Below, piece by piece: positions 50,569 to 59,459 of a DNA stretch of 64,000 nt. The first letter of the stretch is position 1. The number at the start of each line of letters is the position of its first letter. Made by a program: the position numbers and the translations under genes. This DNA is from Candidatus Bipolaricaulota bacterium (GTDB lineage: Bacteria; Patescibacteriota; Patescibacteriia; UBA11705; DATKZF01), in the NCBI GenBank assembly GCA_035528115.1, contig DATKZF010000001.1, positions 92,508 through 156,507 on the forward strand, read 5' to 3'. The notes beneath the pieces are model-generated. The model was given only the letters and a program-made list of their open reading frames with translations. It did no database searches and had not been told where the DNA came from.

Positions 50569-52047
50569 TTATTCTTTTGTTTTCATAAGAGGAAAAAAGA
50601 CCACGTCTCTCAAATTCTCCTGCCCCGTTAAAATCGTCATCAATCTGTCAATTCCAATCCCCCAGCCGGAAATGGGAGGCATGCCGTATTCCATGGCCGT
50701 GATAAAATCCTCATCAATCTCAGACGCTTCCTCGTCTCCCGCGGCCCTGTCCTTCATTTGTTGCTCGAATCTTTGTCGCTGATCGATGGGGTCAACCAAT
50801 TCGGAATAAGCCTTGGCCAGCTCCCAAGTATTGATTACCAATTGAAATTGATCGACGACTCTGGGGTCTTTATTGTTTCTGCGAGCCAAAGGCTGGAGCG
50901 ATTCCGGGTAGTAATATAAGAACGTGGGCTGTATTAATTTTGGCCGACTCACTTTTTTATACAGGTTATCTATCAGTGTATACAGGTTCATTTTTTCCAT
51001 GCCCTCAATCTTAATCCCTTTCTTTTTTATATCTTTCAACAATTCTTTGACGTCGGTATAATCCAAAACATCAAGTCCCGTATCCTTTTTTAATAAATCA
51101 ATAAAATTCACTCTTTTAAACGGCGTGCTGAAATCGACTTTTTTCATTTTGCCGTCTCTGTCAGGCACGTCTATTTTTCGATCGAGGCCGAGTTTATCAA
51201 ATAAATAATCAAACATCTTTTCCGTAAAAGCTATATTATCCTCAAAATTCCAATAGGCCGCGTAATGCTCCAAATGCGTATGCTCGGGCAAATGCGATGG
51301 ATCAATCCCTTCGTTTCTGAATGCTTTGCCAAGCTCAAAAATCTTCTCATAACCTCCGACGATCAGCTCCTTGAGCGGCAATTCATGCGAAATCCTCAAA
51401 TATACATCCATATCAAGCGCGTTGTGATGAGTTTTATAAGGTTTTGCATGCGCTCCGGTCGCTTCATGCAGTAAAACGGGGGTTTCAACCTCTTGGAATC
51501 CTTGCTCCCAATAAAACTCGCGCAGGCTTTTAATCAAGCGACTGCGCAAATTAAAAATCTGTCTCGCTTCATCATTCATTATCAAATCCAAATAACGCTG
51601 CCTGTATCTGGTTTCAACATCTTTTAAACCATGCCACTTCTCGGGCAGAGGCCTCAAAGCTTTGCCCAAAAATTCATATTTTTTAACCAAAACCGAAATT
51701 TCTCCTTTTTGGGTGGTAAAAATCTCTCCATTAACTCCCAAAAAGTCCCCAATGTCAAAATTCTTAACAAAAACCTTGTACGCTTCCTTGCCGACCTCAT
51801 CTTGTTTCAAAACAATCTGCATTTTACCGGAAGCGTCCAATAAGTGGCAAAAAGTCAATTTGCCCATGTCGCGCAAAAGCATGATTCTGCCCGCGACGCT
51901 GACTTTTTTGCCTTCAAACAATTTTTTCGCCTGAGCCAAGGTCTGCTTTTTTTCAAATTTCTCAGGATATGGCTCAATACCGGCCGCTCTGATTTTTTCA
52001 AGATTTTGCAATCTCGCTTCTTGCTCTTTGGTTATTTTTTGGTCCAT
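50569..52047 (-). CDS. lysS: Lysine--tRNA ligase (class II)
   Basis: PLPEKWHGL, YRQRYLDL, FRNEG, YGMPP..GIGIDRL. Confidence 0.97.
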   Translation of the reverse strand: MDQKITKEQEARLQNLEKIRAAGIEPYPEKFEKKQTLAQAKKLFEGKKVSVAGRIMLLRDMGKLTFCHLLDASGKMQIVLKQDEVGKEAYKVFVKNFDIGDFLGVNGEIFTTQKGEISVLVKKYEFLGKALRPLPEKWHGLKDVETRYRQRYLDLIMNDEARQIFNLRSRLIKSLREFYWEQGFQEVETPVLLHEATGAHAKPYKTHHNALDMDVYLRISHELPLKELIVGGYEKIFELGKAFRNEGIDPSHLPEHTHLEHYAAYWNFEDNIAFTEKMFDYLFDKLGLDRKIDVPDRDGKMKKVDFSTPFKRVNFIDLLKKDTGLDVLDYTDVKELLKDIKKKGIKIEGMEKMNLYTLIDNLYKKVSRPKLIQPTFLYYYPESLQPLARRNNKDPRVVDQFQLVINTWELAKAYSELVDPIDQRQRFEQQMKDRAAGDEEASEIDEDFITAMEYGMPPISGWGIGIDRLMTILTGQENLRDVVFFPLMKTKE

Positions 52048-52267
52048 ATTCAAATATTACTATTACGAATAATTAAATGTATTAGGATTTAGCTTGGTTT
52101 TCAGCATTTGATTTTAAGTTTTACTGCAAATAGTTGCGAATATCTAATATCTAAATCCAAAAGGACTATTAATGTCTATATTTTACCGCATTCGATTACC
52201 TTTGGCAAATTCAAAAACCGGACAAAAGCCCGGCTTGAAGCGCCAACGAGCCAAGACGTCTGGCTCT

Positions 52268-52723
52268 CTATCTTATCTCTATAATCTCATACGAGATCAC
52301 CCCGGCAGGGACTTCTACTTCCACCACTTGCCCTTTTCTCTTGCCTAAAAACGCGCTGCCCAAAGGAGATTCATTGGAAATAAAACCGGCCGAAGGATTG
52401 GCCTCATTATATCCCACTATTTTGTAAGTTTGTTCGCCGAATTTGGATTTAACCACCACTTCGGATCCTACCCCTACTTCTTCCTTGCTGCCGCTGGCTT
52501 CGGACACCACCGCGCTTTTCAACAAACCTTCAAGCTCCTTTATTCTAGCTTCAACCATGCCTTGTTCGTCTTTGGCCTCATGATATTCCGCGTTTTCAGA
52601 CAAATCGCCCAGTTCCTTGGCTTTTTCTATTTTTTCGCTAATTTCTCTTCTTTTTTTATTCTTTAAATAATCAAGCTCTTTTTTAATCTTTTCCAAACCA
52701 TCTGGAGTTAATACTGGAACCAT
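52268..52723 (-). CDS. greA: Transcription elongation factor GreA
   Basis: GDLSENAEY, ISNESPLGSA. Confidence 0.97.
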   Translation of the reverse strand: MVPVLTPDGLEKIKKELDYLKNKKRREISEKIEKAKELGDLSENAEYHEAKDEQGMVEARIKELEGLLKSAVVSEASGSKEEVGVGSEVVVKSKFGEQTYKIVGYNEANPSAGFISNESPLGSAFLGKRKGQVVEVEVPAGVISYEIIEIR

Positions 52724-52801
52724 AAAATATTTTTTTAATTATATTGATAAATACTACAATTTTTTAATTATCGCGTCAAGAAGCTATCCACATGAATGAT
52801 T

Positions 52802-52935
52802 GTTATGAATTACAATCATCTAGTAGGCCGATGAATATATGTTACAAATTACATTCATCCATGGCTTTAAGCCTGAGAATCTTGTAATACGTAACAAATT
52901 ACCTAAAAACTAAATGGACGCTTGTAATTCGTAAC
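52802..52935 (-). repeat. 134-bp nested-palindrome element, copy 4 (reverse orientation)
   Basis: GTTATGAATTACA-26-GTTACAAATTACA-29-TGTAATACGTAAC-27-TGTAATTCGTAAC. Confidence 0.9.
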
Positions 52936-52959
52936 ACTTTACCCATTACCCTTTACTAA

Positions 52960-54972
52960 TTACAACTTCTTATATTCAGCAAAATACCATTTCAAAAAAT
53001 CGTAGGCCACGGGAGCGGCGGTGACGCTGCCTTCTTCTCCCTCTTCAATTAAAACGGTAACCGCTATCTCCGCGTCTTCATACGGAGCGAAAGCCGTAAA
53101 CCAGGCATGCGCGTCCTTATCAGTTCCCCACTGAGCGGTCCCCGTCTTGGCCGCGGAAGTGACCGGCAAGCCGGATAGAATCTTGGCGCTGCCAAAGGTC
53201 ACCGCCTGCCTCATGCCTTGCCTGACGATATTGAGATTGTATGGCGATATGAAATTCTCCCTTTCCACTTCATAATTGACGTTCTTCACTTCTCCCGTAT
53301 CAACGGAAATAAATTTATTCACCAAATGAGGTTTGATAAACTTGCCCTTATTCGCCATGATCGCGGTCATATTGGCTATTTGCAAAGGAGTAACCAGAAA
53401 ATCTCCTTGCCCGATGGCCAAATGATAAGTGTCGCCGATGTACCACTGCTCGCCCTTTACTTCGAATTTCCATTCCGGGGTTGGCAGAAATCCTTGATTT
53501 TCTCCGGCCAAATCAATTCCGGTCGCCTGACCGAAGCCAAACAAGGCCGCGTAATAATTTATTTTCTTTACGCCAAGTCCTTCAAAATTGTTATATCCTC
53601 CGCCGATAATGTAAAAAAATGTATTCACCGAATCCGACAGAGCTTTTTTCACGTCCGTCAATCCGTGGCCTCCCGCTTTCCAGTCAGGAAAAAACCACTC
53701 GCCTATTCGAATGCCACCGGTGCTCAAAAATGAAGTGTTTTCCGTGATTATTTTTTCTTCGAGCGCGGCGCTGGCGATAACCGGTTTAATGGTTGATCCG
53801 GACGGATACTCGCCTTTAATAACGCGATTAAAAAGCGGATTATCTTCATTGTCGATCAATTGCTTGTATTTATCCGCCTTCATGCCTTGAGCGAAATCAT
53901 TATTGTTGTAACTCGGCAAACTTACCATGCCCAAAATCTCACCGTTTTGCGGATTCATCGCTATGGCCACTCCTTTCTTTTTCTCCGCGAGAAGTAGTTC
54001 GTTTCGCAACAATTCTTCAAGTTTTTTCTGAATATCCAAGTCAATGGTCAGCACTACGCCTTGACCTCGTTCGGCGTCTTCTTGCGCGATTATTTTCTTT
54101 TCCTTGCCTTGAGAATCGACTTCTATTTGCTTTTTCCCATGCTTGCCCTTCAATGCTTTTTCATAACTCAATTCTATGCCGCTTTTACCCGTCCGGTCGC
54201 TCAACAAATAGCCCGACTCTTTCCAATCATCGTATTCTTGCTCGGAAATCTTTCCCTCATACCCGATAATATGCGATAAACTGTTATATAAATATTCATT
54301 TGCCGACACTTCTTCAATAAATTCATATTTTCTTTTGGCGTCATACAAAACACCGACTCCGGATAAATTAGACGTGTAAACATCCAACCTCAAAGCGATG
54401 TCGTAAGGAATGTCCTCGCACAAATCAAGCGGCTCGAAATACTCACGTTGGCGCGGAGTAAACTTCCTTATGTCTTCCAGACGATCTCCCAGCGGGTAAC
54501 CCACGATTTTATCCAATTCGGCAATTATTTCATTTTGCTCTTGTTCATCTTTGGGAAAATCAAACGGCGTGATGTACAAATGAAAATTAGGCACATTGGA
54601 AACCAGCGCTCTGCCCGCTCGATCATAAATAATGCCGCGCGGCGCTTTAACATACTGAATTCTGATTCTGTTTTGTTCGGCCGTGGCCAAATATTCATCC
54701 CCTTTAATCACTTGCAAATGCACCGAACGAGCCAAAAGCAAACCCAACCCCAAAAAAACGATAAATAAAAAAATATGAATAACCTTCTGGTTGATCGACA
54801 AGCCGAAATAAATTTTGTCGGATCGGTTTATATCTCTATCCGAATAATTGATATACGCTTCTTCGGTCCAAAACACACGGCTGTTTCTGGATAACGCCTT
54901 GTCTTTTATTTTCGTCAAACTGAAAATATCGGAATTCTCGGATGATTTTTTCTCTTGATCCTTTTTTTCCAT
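52960..54972 (-). CDS. mrdA: Penicillin-binding protein 2
   Basis: APRGIIYDR, PSGSTIK (SxxK), SVN, KTGT; downstream of mreBCD. Confidence 0.93.
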   Translation of the reverse strand: MEKKDQEKKSSENSDIFSLTKIKDKALSRNSRVFWTEEAYINYSDRDINRSDKIYFGLSINQKVIHIFLFIVFLGLGLLLARSVHLQVIKGDEYLATAEQNRIRIQYVKAPRGIIYDRAGRALVSNVPNFHLYITPFDFPKDEQEQNEIIAELDKIVGYPLGDRLEDIRKFTPRQREYFEPLDLCEDIPYDIALRLDVYTSNLSGVGVLYDAKRKYEFIEEVSANEYLYNSLSHIIGYEGKISEQEYDDWKESGYLLSDRTGKSGIELSYEKALKGKHGKKQIEVDSQGKEKKIIAQEDAERGQGVVLTIDLDIQKKLEELLRNELLLAEKKKGVAIAMNPQNGEILGMVSLPSYNNNDFAQGMKADKYKQLIDNEDNPLFNRVIKGEYPSGSTIKPVIASAALEEKIITENTSFLSTGGIRIGEWFFPDWKAGGHGLTDVKKALSDSVNTFFYIIGGGYNNFEGLGVKKINYYAALFGFGQATGIDLAGENQGFLPTPEWKFEVKGEQWYIGDTYHLAIGQGDFLVTPLQIANMTAIMANKGKFIKPHLVNKFISVDTGEVKNVNYEVERENFISPYNLNIVRQGMRQAVTFGSAKILSGLPVTSAAKTGTAQWGTDKDAHAWFTAFAPYEDAEIAVTVLIEEGEEGSVTAAPVAYDFLKWYFAEYKKL

Positions 54973-54974
54973 AA

Positions 54975-55511
54975 TTATGTTGCGGAATCCAAATAAACCG
55001 TCTTTAATTTTCTGGAAATAAAATTCACCAAGTAAAAAACGATTATGACGAAAATCGAGGACAAGATCAATTGCCAAACAAAACCGCTCGCCAAGAAAGA
55101 CAACCTGACAAAGCCTTCCACTGTTTTATTCACATAAAAATAGTAGGATAAATACAAACTCGCGGAAAGCGACTGATAAATCAGCAAAAATATGAAATTT
55201 AAAAAAATTATAGAATAAAGAGATTTGTTGGTGAAGAATTTGTTATAAATCGCGATTAAAAGGATCGAAGCGAAAGGCACCGAAATCATGACAAAAATAA
55301 ACGGCAAGGAAGATGTTAATGAGATAAATATCGCGAACACGACCGCAAATATCAAAGTGATTTTTTCTCCGTATAAAATCATGATGAAGATCAACATGGG
55401 CAAAAAAATATTAAAAGCGCTGATCGGATAAAAAAAACCCGTAATTAAACTGGTATGAAAAACATACAAGGCCGCCAACGACAAAACGATTTTGAGCCAT
55501 TTAATCAGCAT
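54975..55511 (-). CDS. mreD: Rod shape-determining protein MreD-like
   Basis: About 5-TM hydrophobic protein between mreC and pbp2 (call rests on synteny). Confidence 0.65.
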   Translation of the reverse strand: MLIKWLKIVLSLAALYVFHTSLITGFFYPISAFNIFLPMLIFIMILYGEKITLIFAVVFAIFISLTSSLPFIFVMISVPFASILLIAIYNKFFTNKSLYSIIFLNFIFLLIYQSLSASLYLSYYFYVNKTVEGFVRLSFLASGFVWQLILSSIFVIIVFYLVNFISRKLKTVYLDSAT

Positions 55512-56310
55512 ATTCTATGGTCAAAACATTTACGTAGTGTATTTTGTTAAAATCTATCGGGGATCTCACAAAAGCCGTTTGGAACAATTCTCCCTCGGTG
55601 TAAACGACATTATCTATTTGACCGACCAAAAGACCTCGAGGCACGGCTTCTTCCAGCCCGGAAGAGATGACAAAATCTTCTTCGCTCAATTTTTCAGTTT
55701 GGGGTATCAAATCTATCTTCATGCCCAGACCGAATTCCCCGCTCAAAATGCCGACGGAATTATCGTTGTTGTTCACGGACACAGCCAACTTGGAAAAACT
55801 GTCATTGACAAGCAATGCTTTGGACGTGTATTTGGATACTTCGTAAATCTTCCCTACAATGACATTTTCATTGGTCACCGCGTTGCCGACCTTGATTCCG
55901 TGCTTTTCTCCTTTATCAATTATTAAAAAATTTTGATAATTGTCGTTGCTTTTGCCGATAACGTCGGCGATCACGCCTTTAACATTCCGACTGTTTTGAA
56001 AATCAATTTGTCTTTTATAAAAATCGAGCTGCGATTTCAATTCCTGATTTTCGCTTTCCACAATTTGCATTTGTATCAACTCTTCATGTAATTTGTCGTT
56101 TTCCGCAATCAATTCATTTTGTTTTTTCTGATTGTAGTAAAAGTCATTGATCCTGCCGGACAATCGATAAACCGCTCCGCCGACCGGCTTAACCGCGGCC
56201 ATGAATAAATTTTCAACGGGAGAGAGCGCTCCCGTGTAATGCAAAATCACGATAATTAAAATCGAGGCAAAAGAAACAATACTGATTTTTTTTAGATTAC
56301 CGCTTTGCAT
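55501..56310 (-). CDS. mreC: Rod shape-determining protein MreC
   Basis: TM plus coiled coil, IIDKGEKHGI, ISSGL..VPRGLLVG. Confidence 0.9.
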   Translation of the reverse strand: MQSGNLKKISIVSFASILIIVILHYTGALSPVENLFMAAVKPVGGAVYRLSGRINDFYYNQKKQNELIAENDKLHEELIQMQIVESENQELKSQLDFYKRQIDFQNSRNVKGVIADVIGKSNDNYQNFLIIDKGEKHGIKVGNAVTNENVIVGKIYEVSKYTSKALLVNDSFSKLAVSVNNNDNSVGILSGEFGLGMKIDLIPQTEKLSEEDFVISSGLEEAVPRGLLVGQIDNVVYTEGELFQTAFVRSPIDFNKIHYVNVLTIEYAD

Positions 56311-56338
56311 ATAAAAAAGGTAGCAAGCTTAAGGCTTG

Positions 56339-57394
56339 CTATCTCACCATTTTTTCTTCATTGGCCGGAGGCAGCACTACCTCATTGAGCAGTTTATGGT
56401 CATCGAGCAAGATACTCAGCCCCCTGATGGTGCAAGTTTGCGGGTCATCAGCCACTCTGACCGGGATCTCAATGCTTGACGAGATGGCGATATCAAGCCC
56501 TTTGAGCAAAGCGCCTCCTCCGGCCAGAACAACTCCGCGCTCATATATGTCCGCCACAAGTTCGGGCGGAGTATTTTCCAGCGTGGCTTTAATATTATCA
56601 ATAATCTGGCTAATCGACCCTTTGATCGCTTCCCTGATCTGATAATCATCCACGATTATTTCTTTCGGCAAACCGGAAACCAAATCTCGTCCGCGCATTT
56701 CTATCGAGGCGGATTCGCCCGTTTGATAAGCCGAGCCAATGGCGATTTTAATATTTTCCGCTATTTTCTCGCCGATCAATAAATTAAAATGATCTCTGGC
56801 GAAATAAACAATATTTTTATTGAGCTCTTCGCCGGCCACGTCCAGTGACTTCCAGGTGACCACCCCGTTGAGCGAGGTGACGGCGATTTCGGTTTTGCCG
56901 CCTCCGACATTGATGATCATGCTGCCCGACGGATCCTGAATCGGCAATCTGGCGCCGATGGCGGCGGCCATAATTTCCTCCACCAAGTAAACCTGGCCGG
57001 CTCCGGCGGACAAAGCGGCGTCTTCAACCGCCTTTTTTTCCACTTCCGTGACGTCCAGCGGAATGCCTATAACCACCATTGGCCTGGCCGAAAGATTAAA
57101 ACTTTCTCTTTGAATTTTATCGATGAAATACTTTAGCATTTTTTCCGTAACTTCAAAATCCGAAATAATCCCATTCACCAATGGTTTGGAAATCGTAATG
57201 AACTTCGGCGTCTTGCCCAACATTTTTTTGGCATCTTCGCCCACGGCGATAATTTGGTCAAATCTGTTATTTACCGCCACAATCGAGGGCTCATTGATAA
57301 TAATCCCCTTTTCTTGAACGCAAATAATGGTATTGGAAGTTCCCAAATCAATACCCAATCTTTTCGAGAATTTATTGAAGAATTTTTTAAACAT
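56339..57394 (-). CDS. mreB: Rod shape-determining protein MreB
   Basis: GIDLGTSN, NEPSIVA, GIISDFE, GRDLVSGLP, LAGGGALL. Confidence 0.95.
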   Translation of the reverse strand: MFKKFFNKFSKRLGIDLGTSNTIICVQEKGIIINEPSIVAVNNRFDQIIAVGEDAKKMLGKTPKFITISKPLVNGIISDFEVTEKMLKYFIDKIQRESFNLSARPMVVIGIPLDVTEVEKKAVEDAALSAGAGQVYLVEEIMAAAIGARLPIQDPSGSMIINVGGGKTEIAVTSLNGVVTWKSLDVAGEELNKNIVYFARDHFNLLIGEKIAENIKIAIGSAYQTGESASIEMRGRDLVSGLPKEIIVDDYQIREAIKGSISQIIDNIKATLENTPPELVADIYERGVVLAGGGALLKGLDIAISSSIEIPVRVADDPQTCTIRGLSILLDDHKLLNEVVLPPANEEKMVR

Positions 57395-58649
57395 AATACT
57401 TGATCAACTCTTCATCAAACTTTTTAATCTTTATCAATTCACTTTCCTTCTTATTTCTGTGTTTGATTTCAAAACTGTTTTTTTCCAGGCTCTTCGGACT
57501 GACGATAATCCTCAGCGGCAAACCAAGCAAATCGCTTTCCGCCAATTTTTCTCCGGCGGATTTATCCTCGCGATCGTCAAATAATATTTCATCCGGATGC
57601 TGTTTCGACAAGCGGTCGTAAAGCTCTCGAGCTTGCTTCATCACAACGTCATCTTCCGCTCCTATGGCCACCAAATGAATCTTAAAAGGCGCTATTTCCC
57701 ACGGCCAGATCAGACCGCTTGAATCATGGTGAATCTCGGCCACCGCGCCCATCACTCTGCTCGGACCCAAGCCGTAACAACCCATGATTATCGGCTTTTT
57801 CACTCCTTTTTCATCCGTATAATGAGCCTTCATTTGCTCCGTATACTTGGTCTCCAGCGTAAATATATTACCAACCTCAATCGCTTTGTCAATTTTCAAT
57901 TTTGCTCCGCATTTGGGGCAAAGATCGTTCAACTCTTTCTCCACAATTTCCTTATTCTGAGAAAAATCGCAATCCGTGCAGTGGATGATGGTATCTTCTC
58001 CGCTCGGACAAATCACTTGAAATTCATGAGAATATTTTTCCGTAAAATCTCCGCCGGACGCTTCGGTGATGATCGAATCCAGACCGCATCTTTTGAAAAT
58101 ACTGAGATAAGATTCCTTCACTCGCGCGTAAAATTCATCAAAGTCGTCCATATCTCGATGAAAACCGTACAAATCTTTCATGGAAAATTCCACGCCGCGA
58201 AGCAATCCTGATTTCGCTCTGGGTTCATTTCTGAATTTGTCTTGAATTTGATACAACGCGACGGGTAAATCCTTGTACGAACTTATCTTTTTTCTGATAA
58301 TGTCCGTGATAATTTCTTCATGAGTCCAGCCCAAGCCCATTTTCTTCCCCGAACGTCCTTCAAACTGGAACATAATTTCCTTGCCTTCTTCCCAACGGCC
58401 CGTTTCCTCCCAAATTTCCTTGGGGTGAAGCGCGGGCATCAACAGTTCTTGCGCGTCCAGCTTATTCATTTCATCTCTGACTATGTTTTTAATGTTATTC
58501 AAAACTCTAAATCCGATCGGCAAAAAGGAATAAACACCGGCCATTAATTTATCGATGAAGCCGCCGCGGATCAATAGTTCCGCGTTAATGGACGTTTCGT
58601 CCTTTGGTTTTTCCTTGGTGGTTTTTAAAAAATACTTTGATTGAAGCAT
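57387..58649 (-). CDS. proS: Proline--tRNA ligase (short form, no INS editing domain)
   Basis: THEE, KFRNEPR, EFSMKDLY, IEVGNIF, MGCYGLG; 420 aa. Confidence 0.95.
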   Translation of the reverse strand: MLQSKYFLKTTKEKPKDETSINAELLIRGGFIDKLMAGVYSFLPIGFRVLNNIKNIVRDEMNKLDAQELLMPALHPKEIWEETGRWEEGKEIMFQFEGRSGKKMGLGWTHEEIITDIIRKKISSYKDLPVALYQIQDKFRNEPRAKSGLLRGVEFSMKDLYGFHRDMDDFDEFYARVKESYLSIFKRCGLDSIITEASGGDFTEKYSHEFQVICPSGEDTIIHCTDCDFSQNKEIVEKELNDLCPKCGAKLKIDKAIEVGNIFTLETKYTEQMKAHYTDEKGVKKPIIMGCYGLGPSRVMGAVAEIHHDSSGLIWPWEIAPFKIHLVAIGAEDDVVMKQARELYDRLSKQHPDEILFDDREDKSAGEKLAESDLLGLPLRIIVSPKSLEKNSFEIKHRNKKESELIKIKKFDEELIKYYV

Positions 58650-58706
58650 AATTTTTATTTAAGAAAAAAAAACAATTATTGAATTTTTTAATTTTACTTT
58701 TTACGG

Positions 58707-59087
58707 TTATCTGAACTTGCGATAAGAAATTAAGAAAATTTCAATCAGCAACGTAATCGCCAGCAAAATGATGAAGTTCCACCAGGTCAAAAGACGTTGT
58801 GATTGCAAAACCAAAGCGACAATGAAAAGCAATCCCAAAATGATCGACTGCCTGGACGAAATATCAATTTTTTTATAAATCTTTTCATCCTTGTTGAAAA
58901 TCATTCGAAACACGAAGCCAAGCAGCGAAAACGAACCCACGATCGACACGAATAAACTCAGATAAAAGAATGAAAACCCCAACCAACCGGCCGCGTTGGG
59001 ATTTGTGTAATTCACGGCCAAAGCGAAAGTCAACCAGCATAATGCCGTGCAGGCGGTCAAAAAAATTAAATATTTACGTAAGGTCAT
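58707..59087 (-). CDS. Hypothetical 4-TM membrane protein
   Basis: 126-aa hydrophobic ORF co-oriented with neighbours. Confidence 0.65.
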   Translation of the reverse strand: MTLRKYLIFLTACTALCWLTFALAVNYTNPNAAGWLGFSFFYLSLFVSIVGSFSLLGFVFRMIFNKDEKIYKKIDISSRQSIILGLLFIVALVLQSQRLLTWWNFIILLAITLLIEIFLISYRKFR

Positions 59088-59148
59088 AATTTACGCTCTC
59101 TGTTTTAATTTTAGCAAAAAATATCGGATTTTGCAAATGAATGGATAG

Positions 59149-59454
59149 CTATTCCGAATTGATAATTATGGCTATTTTTACGGTCATAGACCCCTTCAGT
59201 TTGGCGCCTAATTGAAGAATCAATTCCCTTTCGCGCAATTTAATCTCTTGCGCCACCACGGAGCTGGAACAGCCGATTTTAATCGTTTTATTTTTATAAC
59301 TCACGAATTTCAGGCTTCGATAAATATCAGGACTTAACTTTTCCCGGCACAGCATTTTAAACTTATCCAAAACAATGCTGGCGTAAAGCGGTCTAGCCAG
59401 TTTTGATCTTGCTTTGCCGGAAAGCAAATTTTTCAGTGATTCCAAATCTTTCAT
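59149..59454 (-). CDS. DciA/DUF721-like protein
   Basis: YKNKTIKIGCSSSVVAQEIKL resembles the DciA KH-like fold. Confidence 0.6.
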   Translation of the reverse strand: MKDLESLKNLLSGKARSKLARPLYASIVLDKFKMLCREKLSPDIYRSLKFVSYKNKTIKIGCSSSVVAQEIKLRERELILQLGAKLKGSMTVKIAIIINSE

Positions 59455-59459
59455 AAAAT

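Noticed and set aside
17461-52935. 134-bp elements as integron attC sites
   Set aside because: Ends are GTT..AAC rather than RYYYAAC..GTTRRRY; copies are dispersed among housekeeping genes in both orientations; no integrase.
54973-55077. N-terminal extension of PBP2 in the ORF track
   Set aside because: Overlaps mreD; ATG 54972 immediately after the mreD stop is more plausible.
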